Origin: Eledone cirrhosa
Taxonomy: Eukaryota
Length of the DNA: 64,000 bases
Assembly (NCBI GenBank): GCA_964016885.1
Contig: CAXHJY010001528.1
Span: 1-64,000 of the forward strand
Direction of reading: 5' to 3'
Shown: piece after piece, positions 1 through 12,020 of the stretch
How positions within the stretch are numbered: the stretch's first letter is position 1
Layout: every line of letters starts with the position of its first letter
The notes under the pieces: model-generated
Databases searched by the model: none
Seen by the model: only the letters and a program-made list of their open reading frames with translations
What the model was told of the DNA's origin: nothing
Position numbers and translations under genes: made by a program

Positions 1-821
1 GTTGTTATAGACAGAAATTTTTTTAGAAGAGATGCTGTTTTAAGGGACATATAATGACAGAACATAAATAACAAATTGAGAAGTCATCCCAATTTCTTAT
101 ATATATATATATATATATATCTCATTGTCGTCATCATCACCATTTAACATCTATTTTCCACGGTTGCAAGAGTTAGACGGATTGTCACATTATGAGACAA
201 TTCAGTTCAGGTGACCATGTCTTGTTCATAGGGATCTGTATTTTGATTTGGTTTCTATAGTTGGATGCCCTTGCCAACCACATGACAGTGTGTTCTGCAT
301 ACCTTTTATCATAGCACCAAAATGACCATCTAACAGGGTGTGTATATATCATCATCACCAACATCGTTTAATGTCTATGTTCCATGCTAGCATGGGTTAG
401 ACGGGTTTGTTTCATTTAGAGGCAAGTTGGGTTGGGTGCCCATGTCTCGCTCATATAGGACTGTTTCTGGCTGGATGCTCTTCCTAACGCCACACACACA
501 CACCCATATATATATACACATATATATACACACACACACACATATATATATACCCACATGCATACACTCATACACATATGGTTGATGAATGATCAAAATC
601 CCCAGTGCTGGTGCCATTATAAATGTACCTAGTACATTTTGTAAAGTTGTTGGTATTAGGAAAGGGATCTAACTATATAAATCAAGCCCCCAAAATGAAG
701 TGTATGAGCAAAACTTGATTTTCCAGCCCATCTAGGAGGGGAATAACCCCAGGTAAAGAAAGAAATTATTTATTGTGATGATCCATACAAGTCATGCCAG
801 ATCGAGAAGCAGATGAAATAA

Positions 822-1045
822 TAGTTTCTGATATAGGCACAAGGTCAACAATTTGGAGGGAGGGGAAAGTCGATTAAATCAACCCCAGTACATTACTGGT
901 ACTTTATTTTATCAACCCCATAAAGACGAAAGGCAAAATTAACTTTGGTGGGATTTGAACTTAGAACGTATAGAGTCATATAATTCTATGCTGCAAAGCA
1001 TATTGTCCGACGCTCTACCAATACTACTGCCAATCAACCGCAGAT
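822..1045 (-). mobile_element. tRNA-derived SINE (Meta-domain-like family; representative of about 20 copies in the window)
   Basis: Recurrent motif GGCACAAGG...CTGGTACTTTATTTTATCGACCCC...GGATGAAAGGCAAAG...GGGATTTGAAC (B-box-like GTTCAAATCC on the other strand). Other copies near 4690-4905, 15400-15630, 27575-28010, 29660-29800, 30862-31065, 38395-38570, 41060-41270, 43315-43475, 59180-59400, 60505-60650, 62060-62340, 63770-63900. Family name is from recall. Confidence 0.75.
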
Positions 1046-1518
1046 GTAATAATAATTGTTTCTACTTTTGGCACAAGGCCAGCAGTTACCTCAGTGCATT
1101 ACTGGTGCTTTATTTTATTTTATTTTATTTTATTTTATCGATTCCGTAAGGATGAAAGGCAAAATTAACCTCAGCGGGATTTGAACTAATGGCACACATA
1201 TACACACATTTCTAGCAGTAGATTTCTCAAGGCATTAAAGGTGTTCAGTGAAATGAAAGGCTTCAACCACAAGTACAGGGGTTAAGAACAAACTAGAAAT
1301 TAACTTCTAAGACGTTAATGTATCTAATAATATCAGACATTGTAAGTACAACTTAAGCTGACTGTCAGTCCTGTTAGTATTTATAATGTTTAATATCGTT
1401 TACAGTTGTTAACGTTCTACATTTTCCCTCTAACATGTTAGTGCAAAACCATCCTTAAAATGAAATAAAATATGTCATTGGCAAAATTGATCCAACATTT
1501 CCCTTTGACATTCTAAAG

Positions 1519-1771
1519 CAGTGATTCCCAACGTGGAGTACATACCCCACAGGAAAGCAATTTGAATATTTAAGGGTGCCATTTGAAAATGTTCATGAGA
1601 ACAAACCTCAGGTTTTACTTTATTACTTTTACACCAAGGCAACTTTGGTGCACATTACTGTCAGAAACTCCTGTCTCACCTCCTCCAGGGTTGCAGTTTT
1701 TATGTCAAAGAGGGACATCATCTTTTAGATGTTGATGTGGGCCCTAGTGCACAAAAGGTTGGGAACCACTG
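1519..1771. mobile_element. hAT-superfamily MITE
   Basis: TIRs CAGTGATTCCCAAC...GTTGGGAACCACTG flanked by a perfect 8-bp target-site duplication TTCTAAAG (1511-1518 and 1772-1779). Confidence 0.85.
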
Positions 1772-2181
1772 TTCTAAAGATAATGAAATTATTTTTTACC
1801 TTAACCTTTTTTTTATCTTCTATGTTCTGTGAGATTTCCACTGAGGTCAACCAAACTTTTACAAACCCAGGGGAAACCAGATAATTGGCTTCATGCCACC
1901 TCACCTTTTTATTATAATTATTTTAGAAAATAAAATAAAGAAATCATTATTATTATTAATTTTTAAATAAAACACAACACTAGCCATAATGGTATTTAAA
2001 TGACATAAAGCAATTGATATTGTTTCAAGTTGAAATCGAAACGGGAACGTTGAAAATTAATCTCTATATTATATCCTCCCCACAACCCAGCCCACCAAAA
2101 TATATATTTAAAAAAAAAACAATTTTCAAACTCAACAAAATTTTTATATGATAAAACTATTTTTTCTTTCTTTTTCCTTTC

Positions 2182-2216
<35 letters not shown>

Positions 2217-2220
2217 CTTA

Positions 2221-3600
2221 TCACAGATTATGATAGTCTTCATAAAAATCATCGACTTCAACTCCTTCAAAAAGCCGGTTATAACATGGACTGCTACTTG
2301 AGCTGAAGTGTATGTAAGGCGAATTCCTCGGTAAAGTTTCCATGCATAACCAACAAAAGAATTCATTGCATTTAGAGCAAGCCATTTTGTTACAACCGTC
2401 TATTTTCTGGATGTGTGTGTTGCAACGAGGGCACTGTTTGCTGTGTTGTTCAAGCCATTCTTGTGAGAATGACTCGTTGACAATATCCTGTAAATGTCTT
2501 TTGCCGAAGCGTTTTTCCAAAAAAAGTTTGGTTTCCGCATCAGCATCCAAATATTCATTTTTCAACCGCTGCCGATCCTCAGCTTTCATTTTACAGTTAG
2601 ATAAACCGTGGTAAGTTAATCGACAAAGACTACAAAACACCAAATAGCAATTGGGACAATTACCTAAGTTACAACCGCGATCTAAAATAACAGGTTGACC
2701 ACAAACTGGACGAGGGCAATATACTAAATCTGTCATTGTCTGGAGACCCAACTGTAAGAGTAAATAGTCATATCTGGAGAAGACATCCGGTTCCACAAGG
2801 GATTTCACTTGGGATGGGTGAACCTTAGAGTCACATTTGTCTGCAGGGCATTGTAATCCATTTATACTCCCGTCTTTTATCATAATTGTAAAATATTCTT
2901 TCATACAGTCTTTACAGAATACATGTTCGCAGTTATCAAGCTTCATACACTTGGAACCTAATTTATCACAGAAGCAAATGTTGCAAGTAAACAAAGTTTT
3001 TGAAAATTGTCTCTGATTTTCCTGGTTGTTATAATCAAGAATAGTCGGTAACAATAAATCCTGGGAAGCTATATCTTGTATTCCACGAGGATCAAATGGA
3101 CTTTCTTTATCTTCACTTTGTTTAGTAGCAGTTGAATTGTGTACCACGCATGAAAGATCTAAAGGAACTTTTAAATCAAGCATATCAAACGTTTCATTTT
3201 CGAGAACGTCAAACCAAAGAAATAATACTACCATGCCATTATTTTCCTTATAGACTTGGTCAAGTCGTTTACATAGCATGTCGAGTTGGGTCATAGAAAG
3301 CCACTTGCAGGAAAGAGTGAAAATTGGGGTCTGCAAAGAAGGGTAGCCCTCAGGTAGTTGAAAGTTGAGTACAATAGGAGGAAGATGTTTGATATGGTTG
3401 AGTTTTTCGGTAATATTAGCTGATGCCGAATCACTATCGCTGCTTTGTATTTTGATACTAAATGGTTGAGGCAATTTCAATTTAGCAACAAACTGGCCAC
3501 CGTAGTTATCCAGTGAAGGCAGAAATATATCCTCTTCATAGATGCTGCTTATAGCAACCAATTCCTCGGCTCGTTCATCGTTGTCCATTTCGAAATGCAT
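2221..3600 (-). CDS. RNF14: RBR-type E3 ubiquitin ligase RNF14 (RWD-RING1-IBR-RING2), single coding exon
   Basis: Uninterrupted ORF; first ATG at 3600, alternative at 3588 (the track start at 3609 is TTG). N-terminal RWD domain (EELVAISSIY...HLPPIVLNFQLPEGYPS...FTLSCKWL), RING1 (CNICF...CEHVFCKDC...CP), IBR (YCPRPVC...CPNCYLVFCSLC...HG...C) and RING2 (CPRC...KIDGCNKMACSKC...FCWLC, catalytic Cys in GCNKM). Confidence 0.93.
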   Translation of the reverse strand: MHFEMDNDERAEELVAISSIYEEDIFLPSLDNYGGQFVAKLKLPQPFSIKIQSSDSDSASANITEKLNHIKHLPPIVLNFQLPEGYPSLQTPIFTLSCKWLSMTQLDMLCKRLDQVYKENNGMVVLFLWFDVLENETFDMLDLKVPLDLSCVVHNSTATKQSEDKESPFDPRGIQDIASQDLLLPTILDYNNQENQRQFSKTLFTCNICFCDKLGSKCMKLDNCEHVFCKDCMKEYFTIMIKDGSINGLQCPADKCDSKVHPSQVKSLVEPDVFSRYDYLLLQLGLQTMTDLVYCPRPVCGQPVILDRGCNLGNCPNCYLVFCSLCRLTYHGLSNCKMKAEDRQRLKNEYLDADAETKLFLEKRFGKRHLQDIVNESFSQEWLEQHSKQCPRCNTHIQKIDGCNKMACSKCNEFFCWLCMETLPRNSPYIHFSSSSSPCYNRLFEGVEVDDFYEDYHNL

Positions 3601-5166
3601 AAAAATCAAACAAAATGTCTAGCATTCGGAAAAAAAAAAAGTGGTGACTTGATGGTTTTTTTGTTGCGTTGTTTTTTCTCGCTTTGATTATATATTTGTG
3701 TGTATTATATTCATAAGGTTCCTAGCAATAATTAATAATTAACTATCTATATTAGTTGTGTTTATAGTTTCATTCTGTAAGGATTATAAACAATTTGTAA
3801 GGTTATTTATACAACTGTGAATAAATAAATAAATAAAATGTTTATTTACGTATCTCTCTTCTTACTTTTTTGCAAGTTTTATCTAGAGTTAAGTTCTTAT
3901 ACATATATTTATATATATTTTACAAACGAATGTGTGACATTTATACTCACGAAAGCTAGATATAACACACGAGTGAAGAAGCAGAGTATTTGATATAGAA
4001 ACACGTTGTTGGAGTCGATAGATATATAAAGACACTCCCCCACAGTGGTAGTTTCGTCAAAAGTTAACTTCTTTTTGAACGAACAATTAATTATCTTTGA
4101 TATTAATATTGTTATTTCTTCTCTGTCATAATTAAATATTTTCTAAATATTTGTAGATTATAATTTCCCTAGGTGTTCTGGGGGCTTTCTTTTGTCATAA
4201 TTTGCTTTGTTCTGTTTACGTAACTAGTGGATAGTTCAATAAATTGTTTGTTTGGTTGAAAAAAGTCAGCTGTCAGTAGTAAGATAGTCTGTTGGTTAAC
4301 TGCGCTTCACAGCAACAACTCTACACACACACATATATATTAGATAAACAATTATGTTCTTCCGTAGTTAGTTGTGCTACATAAAAAGAAAAAGAGAGCA
4401 AGGATTTCTCACATTCAATGAGGCAAGCAATCTGACGTAATTCGTTCGGAGATAAAGGAAATAGAAAAATGTATCGTTTATATTTTTCATGTATAAAAGC
4501 GAACGAAATATTTATAATCACATCAATTATGGATGGAACACTTGAACTAATTTTGTTTTGCTTTGCTTTTAATTACAGGATTACTGAACTGGTTTCTTAC
4601 ATAGATTCCAGATTTTAGATTTATAGCATGAGAAAAAATATAATTATGAGACGTCCGTGTCTATCTCGAACGCATAGATGACAAATGTTGGTTTCTGATT
4701 AAGGCACAAGGCCAACAATTTTAGGGGAGAGGGAAAGTGGATTAAATTGACCTCAGTGTATTACTGGTACTGTATTTTATCGACTCCGGAAAGATGAAAG
4801 GCAAAGCTAACCTCGGGAGGATTTGAGCTTAGATCGTAAAGGGGCCTAACTCTATGCCATAAAGCATGTTGTCCGACGCTCTACCGATATTGCCAATCCA
4901 CAGCAGACGACAATTATTGTGTATGACAGACGAGAATCGTATAGGCATTAAAAACAACTGTAATACTTAATCAATCAATCTCTCTCTCACACACACACAA
5001 TCCAAGATATGCAAATAACTTCGATATGCGATAAACATAACATGTATATAAATTGTAGCACATATACAAATAGATGTGCGTTTTGGTAGTTTGGGGAGAA
5101 AAATATAATTATTAAAGGGGCCATGCCCCACCCACCACCCACTCTACCGCCCTTGATTCATCATAA

Positions 5167-5202
<36 letters not shown>

Positions 5203-6304
5203 TTAAGAGCGGTGCCCCAGTATGGCCTCAGTCGGATGCCTGGAACAGGTAAAAGAGTACATACAGAGAGGGAGGCCGAGAGAGTGTTGTACTTCCATAC
5301 ATATATGTGTATATATTCCAGTGTGCACATGTCAACAAATCGAACACGATCCACTGGATGTGCGACACAAGTAAAATGTACGACGAAGCTCGGATGAACT
5401 AACCATTAGAATAGAAATGCGTGTGTGCAGATACTTTCATGAAATATAGTCAAAGGGAGGTAACCAACGTTGTATGTATGGGTGTGTGTATGGTGTGTGA
5501 CAGTATGTACGCGCGGGCGAGTTAGTCTGTCTCGATCTTCAGGTTATCAGTGACAACTTCCTCATCATACAGCCACGTTAATATATATATATTGTTGATA
5601 TTATTAAATCACGTTTTAATATATTGTAATCCTTACAAGATAAAACAACCTATTTAACGTTATATATATATATATATATAAGTATGTACACGTACATACA
5701 TATATGTATACAGACGTGAGAAATGGAATTTCGTTTCATTTTTTCCGTTTATATATATATATATACATTGATATTAAATAAATGGAAACTATAATTATAA
5801 AACCATATTTATTCTATTATATATATTTCAAGGGTACCAACATTTTGGTACGCTATCATCAGATAAAATACAAGATGTTTTATAAATATTTGATATAACC
5901 AAGGATAATATACCTTAACGGTTCCAGTTATCCCTGGAAAGTGAAGGGAAGAGAAAAAAACAGTTATAAACATTTAAATTTGTTGAATTACCAACAAATT
6001 GAATATCTTTCGTTTCAATGTCTAGAAATGACTATCTCCCCAGACCGTACACACTACAGGGAGGTGGCCATAAATGGGCCTTGAAGACTAAGGTAGCCCT
6101 TTTTTGTCCTGAGTATGAACATAAATATATAATATATCAGCTCTTACACTACTTTCTTTACCACACACGGATATTTTGTGCTACATATACATACATATAA
6201 AAGACATACATATATAAGTATACGCAACTATGCGTATTACTCGTATATACGTATGTATATGTACACGCATCTAACATGCTTCACTAGATTTATAAAGTAC
6301 GAGT

Positions 6305-6765
6305 AAATTGAACGGCGAACCCAGGGTGATCTGGGCATTGGAAGAAAAATGCGTGTGTGCAGATATTTGGTTCAAATGTAGTCAAGGGGAGATAACCAAA
6401 ATAAGTCTTAGGTAGTCAACTGTCGTCTGTTCAGTTGTACAGAACCAGATTAAAACTCCTTAAAACTAATAATAACATGCATTTGCAGCAATAGTATGAA
6501 TTGGAGTGTTAATAGTGGATGGTTATATATTCGATGATTTTCCCATTTACCCTTTTGTTAGAGGTAGGAACCCCTTATAACACGCCACAGTCAGTGACTC
6601 TTGTCTTTTTCCCGAGATTAACAGAATTAATTACTGGAATATAATGTTTTATAAAGCTACGGAATTATAATTATTTTTACTTGATGTTACTCAGTGACAA
6701 ATATATACACTACCCAAATTTACCAATTTTATGATGGGTCACACTCGATTGTACTGGGACTACTC
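6305..6765 (+). repeat. Unclassified degenerate repeat, inverted partner of 8000-8478
   Basis: Shares long blocks in reverse complement with 8000-8478 (e.g. AATGCGTGTGTGCAGATATTTGGTT, AAAACTCCTTAAAACTAATAA, GTCACACTCGATTGTACTGGGA); short third copy near 5415-5470. Confidence 0.8.
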
Positions 6766-6779
6766 ACAGACACACAAAC

Positions 6780-6823
<44 letters not shown>

Positions 6824-7077
6824 GGTCTGTTGTTTAACCAGGAGTCAACTCAACGGAAGCAGACCTCGAACGAAAGACGGCCTATCCTTGATTAACCCAA
6901 CAAGGTATGTTTTGTGCATCGAAGATGATACTGCACTATATCATTCACCCAAATGTCTTTAAATACATATAAAAGTTAATTCATGGAACTTACCTTGGAT
7001 GTATTTCATCATAACAGCACATTCAGCTTCCCAGTATCTTGAATAGTCGAAGGTAAATAGGTATCTCAATTTCTAAA

Positions 7078-7124
<47 letters not shown>

Positions 7125-7999
7125 GTTTCTACTTTAGGCACAAGGCCAGCAATTACTCAGTGCATTACTGGTACTTTATTTTATCGACCCCGTAATATAT
7201 ATATATATATATAATGTTGTTTAGACACTACCTTGCTCACAGGTGTCTTTTTTAAGCTTCATATCATGTCTCCCTATTTTATATGATGAGGTCGCAAATA
7301 TCGTCCCTGGATGATATTTGTTTTTGAAATGCGCATAATAAAATACATGGAACTTTTCTAACCATCTTTTAATTTCTTCTTATATATATATCAGTTCAAA
7401 ACCCGGCAATCCGGAGGCTGGTTAATCCATGGTAATCCGTGTTTAGGGTGATTATCCAGGTTCGAATGGGCCGCGTAAGTGTGGAAAAATAGTTGATAAG
7501 TAAACACAGGGATACAAAAATACAAAGGTCTGTTTGAATTTTAACAGGCTAATTGTTTATTTGCTTCGTTTTATATATATATCTATGGTACTAAAACATC
7601 ACTACATCTCTCCACCGTTAAACATTAACATGAAATTAGAATTTGTATTTCCCTCCAAATACAAAGCCTCACTTTCACTAAGGATCTCTCAAGTGTAATG
7701 TACATTACTAAACATGGCTGTAACTGCTTTTAACAAGCTGGTTCTTCTCTTCAGCATCGTTTGATAAGGATTAAATTATGTCTCTAGGCAAATAGAAGAA
7801 AACGTTGGGACTTCCCGTTAGTGATTTTCGAGGTAAGCTAATATACTCGAAACATTGCCACCAGTGATAGCTAGTCTTAATCGTGGAATAACAAATTATC
7901 TTCACTAGGAGCATCAACTGATACGTGTTTACATATAGTATCAAGGGAATGCGTGTGTGTGTGATTATGATGCCAATCTCTGGTGCTGGTGACATGATG

Positions 8000-8478
8000 A
8001 ATTACTCCCAGTACAATCGAGTGTGACTCATAATAATACGGATAATTGCGTGAGTCTTTATTTTTCTCATTATGGGTTCTATCAAGTAATTTTATTTGGG
8101 CTAAACATAATAATGATTATGTTGTAGTTTACTTTGTTCATCTCGGGTGTGGAAAGACAAAACATTCACAGACTGTGGTGTGTTATATGGGGTTTCTACT
8201 TTCTAACCCGAAGGTATATGGCAAAACCCTCGAGTCTCTAACAATCGACTATTAACACCCCAGCTTTTCTAATTCATTCAACTGCTGCTAATGTATGTTT
8301 TTATTAGTTTTAAGGAGTTTTAAATTGGTTCAGTACCACTCAACAGATGATAGTTGACTACGTACGACTGAAACTGCTGATCTCCCCCTCGACTACATTT
8401 AAACCAAATATCTGCACACACGCATTTATCTTCCAATCCCCAGTTTTCTCTCAAATCATCCAGGGTTCGTCGTTCATT
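8000..8478 (-). repeat. Unclassified degenerate repeat, inverted partner of 6305-6765
   Basis: Reverse-complement similarity to 6305-6765; abuts the CRE-like fragment at about 8480. Confidence 0.8.
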
Positions 8479-8484
8479 ACATCC

Positions 8485-9405
8485 TATTCCAGTGATGACA
8501 GGAACGTTGCAGTCAGCGGCCCAACTCCCCCAAACGTCTCAAACACCACAGGCTGGAAAAGGTAGTTAAACGACAGATCACTGTATTTCAGAATTTTGTT
8601 CCGTTCGGCTAGAGAAGCAGCATCCAGGATGTGGGAAGAAGCAAAAGAGTCACTGATTGTGATGTTCCTGATAAGGCAGGTGTCTCTTATTCAAGAACAC
8701 AAAGTAAGACTGTCAGGCCTTTTCTTATCAATTCTGGACAAACCCCAGATGGTTCCAGAATTGAAGGGATTTTTGCTCGAGCCAAAACCCTCTTGACGAC
8801 GAGGTTTAGTTCAGTGTGACGCGCGAAGCGACCGGAATTCAGACGGCAAGATAGACTGTGGAGTCGAGGAGCCTACCACACCGATATTTCAGTCCCATAC
8901 ATACATCAGCTTCCACTCTCAGGGCAATGGAGACACGAAGCTCGTCCAAGCTGTGTAGGCCACCGATATTGGCCAGGGGTTACGCATCAACCCCGTCTCC
9001 TGTGTATTGGAAGCTAACAGACAATAGGCGGCACCTTCAGAATTGATCTGACTGGTCGAGAGAGAGACAAAGGTGGCCTTCAAATGTATGTTGTCCAAAA
9101 CTTTCTGATTCCGTTTGTCCTCTACCGTGTCAGGAACAGACAAACCCAGTTCTCTCCATCATAGAAGAGCGTCATCCACCTCCCTATTGAAACTAGTCCA
9201 TGTTGGAAAGGAGAGGATTTACCCACCGAGCTCGATTCCAAGCTATAGAGAGTGGGGAGGACTCAAACAACTGGAACTGTTGCTTGAGAGGTGTGAGGGG
9301 GCCAGATTTTACATTGTGCACGTGAAGAGAGATGAGAGGGAACAAAAATAGTTTCTTGGATAAACAAACGTTTTTCAGCAGTTTGGATCCAGTTGATGAG
9401 CTTCG
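8485..9405 (-). mobile_element. Decayed CRE/NeSL-type non-LTR retrotransposon fragment (C-terminal restriction-like endonuclease region)
   Basis: Minus-strand translation with stops and frameshifts gives LRVSIALRVEADVC...CGRLLD...ERPDSLTL...TISDSFASSH...AASLAERNKILKYSDL...YLFQPVVFETFGGVGP, matching the RPD...D...K..KY..L...F.P...ET.G..G pattern of CRE-clade REL domains. Confidence 0.7.
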
Positions 9406-9483
9406 ATATAAATATATATACGCACACACGCAAACATACTTACGCACACTCACAAATATATGCACAAACACACTTATAACGAT

Positions 9484-11325
9484 CGTCTACCAACACAAAG
9501 CAAATGCGTTTACCGGAATTTCACGAAGTTTAGGTTTTCATTTTACCTTTACTTTGTTATTTTTCATTATGAATGTAATTATAACGAATATATTGATGTT
9601 TCATTGTCGGATTTTATTAAATTATGTATTTTGTTCGAGATATTTTTACCTGTTTACAGATTTACTTCCCCTCGACTGAAAAATTGATCTGATTTTGCAC
9701 ACCCGCAATTTTATTCCCGGAGAGAGAGCTAGTAGAGAAGGGGTGATATGAGAGAGAAAGGGGCTAGTGTAATGGTAGGAGGAGGTCAGATGTGAAGAAA
9801 GAAAGAAAGAGAGAGAGACAGTAAGTAAATGAAGGTGGATCAGTTGAAAGTTATGTCCTGATTAAATGGAAGGAAACCAGACGACACAATATGAAGTATT
9901 AAAAACGATATTAGAAAAATATTTTTGTAAATAAGACAAAATTTATATATATATGCATACATAAATATATACATGTTTATAGATATTTTTTTATATATAC
10001 ACACCACACATGAATCTAACGTCTGCCAAAATAACACGAATACTTTTACCGGAATTTCACGAAGTTTAGGTTTTCATTTTAGATTTACTTCGTTATTTTT
10101 CCTTATAAATGTTATATTATAAAGTTGTGAATGTAATTATGGCGAATACATTAATGTTTTATCGTCGGATTTTATTTATTTATTTTGTTCGAGATATTTT
10201 TATCTGGTAGAGCGCCCACGTAGGGACTTGGTGTTGTTCTGTATGTTTACATATTTACTTTTCTTTGATTGTAAAAGTGATCTGATTTTGCACACCCGCA
10301 ATTGTATTATAGGAGAGAGAATGAAGAAGAGGTGGGGTGAGAGTGTTTACGTTTGGTTGGTGAGAGAGACAGAAAGAAGATAGTATTGTGGTAGGAGGGA
10401 ATATGCTTACAGAATTACTTCCCCCTTGATTGTAAAAGTGATCTGATTTTGCACACCCGCAATTTTATTCCAGGAAAGAGAAGAGGTGACAGTGTTTATG
10501 TTTGGTTGGTGAGAGACAGAAAGGAGATCGTGTGGTGGTAGGAGGAGGTCAGATGTAAAGACAGAGAGAGAGGGGGAGAGAAAGGCAGAGGAGATCCAAA
10601 GAGAGACAGATAGATATATTAAGTGAATAGGTGAGGCCGAGAGTGAGAGGGGAAAGAAGAAGGGACAGAGAGAGAATAAGATGTTCCAAAAAAGAAAGAA
10701 GCATTCGGGAATAAGAGAAAGAGAAGGAAGTAGAAAATGCAGAGTAAGAGAGAGAGTGGCTATGGGAGGGAAACAGTGACACAGAGAAAGAGACAAAGAA
10801 GAAAGGGGAAATTGGAGAGGGAGAGAAGGAGTGGCAAAAAGAGAGAGAAAGGAGAGGATGTGTGAGAGGGGAAAGAAAAAGAGTAAGACAGCAAGTAAAC
10901 GAAGGGAGTCAGTTGAGAAGAAAACTAGACGACACAATATAAAGTATTAAACACGATATTAGAAAAATATTTTTGTAAATAAGACAATAACTTATGTACA
11001 TACAGGCATATTTAAATATATACATATGTTTACAGGTATATTTATATATGTACATAGACACACACACATACATACACGAAGTATCGTCTGCCAACACGAC
11101 ACGAATATTTTTACCGAATTTCACGAAGTTTGGGTTCTTACTTTTACTTCGTTATTTTTCATTATGAATATTATATTATAAAGTTGTGGCGATTACATTG
11201 ATGTTTTATTGTTGGATTTTATTTATTTTGTTCGATTTTATTTATTTTGGTAGAGCGCCCACGTAGGGACTTGGTGTCGTTCTGTATGTTTACATATTTA
11301 CTCCCCCCCCCCCCCTTGACTGTAC
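9484..11325 (+). repeat. Local tandem triplication of a non-coding unit, with GA-rich low-complexity spacer
   Basis: Block CGTCT(A/G)CCAA...TTTACCG(G)AATTTCACGAAGTTT...TTATTTTT recurs at about 9484, 10020 and 11085; GATCTGATTTTGCACACCCGCAATT at about 9687, 10280 and 10440; AGACGACACAATAT...ATATTAGAAAAATATTTTTGTAAATAAGACAA at about 9880 and 10927. Confidence 0.8.
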
Positions 11326-11769
11326 AAACCCATCATTAATAGCAGCAATAATATTGAATGTATTTGATTTTGAGAGACTAGGGTTGATATGTAGAATTTA
11401 CCCGATTACTGGATACAGAAAGAATCATCTCCAAATTTAGAAATTTATATTTACACCCTATAGTTTATGTTAATTACTGACACATAGAAATAATAAAAGG
11501 TGAAAATGATATTTTAATAATATATTTCTAGAATATAATCACATAAATGTTCAGCACATATGGGCATGGCATACAGGGATAAATATATGAGTAACTTAGG
11601 AGAAATAACTTTTTACAGAGACAAATATAGAATTAGAACCCAGGACCTTGTGAGTGGAAAGTAATACATATGTATTTGTGTGTATAAATATACATTATAG
11701 TGTAATGAATGCATGAGTGTATTTATATAAACACATATCTCACTGCACTCTACATGTGAATGGAGTTCC

Positions 11770-11935
11770 AGTGAAGCAGGTGCAGTAGGTCAAATATCTC
11801 AGGGCCGTGTTCACAAGTGATGGAAGGCAGGAGGCTGAATTAAATACAAGAATTGCAGGAGCTGGTAGAGTAATGCACCAACTTCAGCTTTCGGTAATCA
11901 GAAGGGAGGTAGGTGTACATCGACAGGCAAAGTTA
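11770..11935 (+). mobile_element. RTE-type LINE fragment (RT thumb region)
   Basis: Translation VKYLRAVFTSDGRQEAELNTRIAGAGRVMHQL...AKL resembles the KYLG...DG...E...RI..A region downstream of LINE RT. Confidence 0.65.
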
Positions 11936-12020
11936 ATTTATATATATATTTATATTTATATATATATGTATATATATTTATATTTATATATATATGTATG
12001 TATATATATATATATATATA

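Noticed and set aside
10407-10937. 176-aa Leu/Ser/Phe-rich ORF resembling a membrane protein
   Set aside because: Antisense reading of a GA-rich low-complexity tract.
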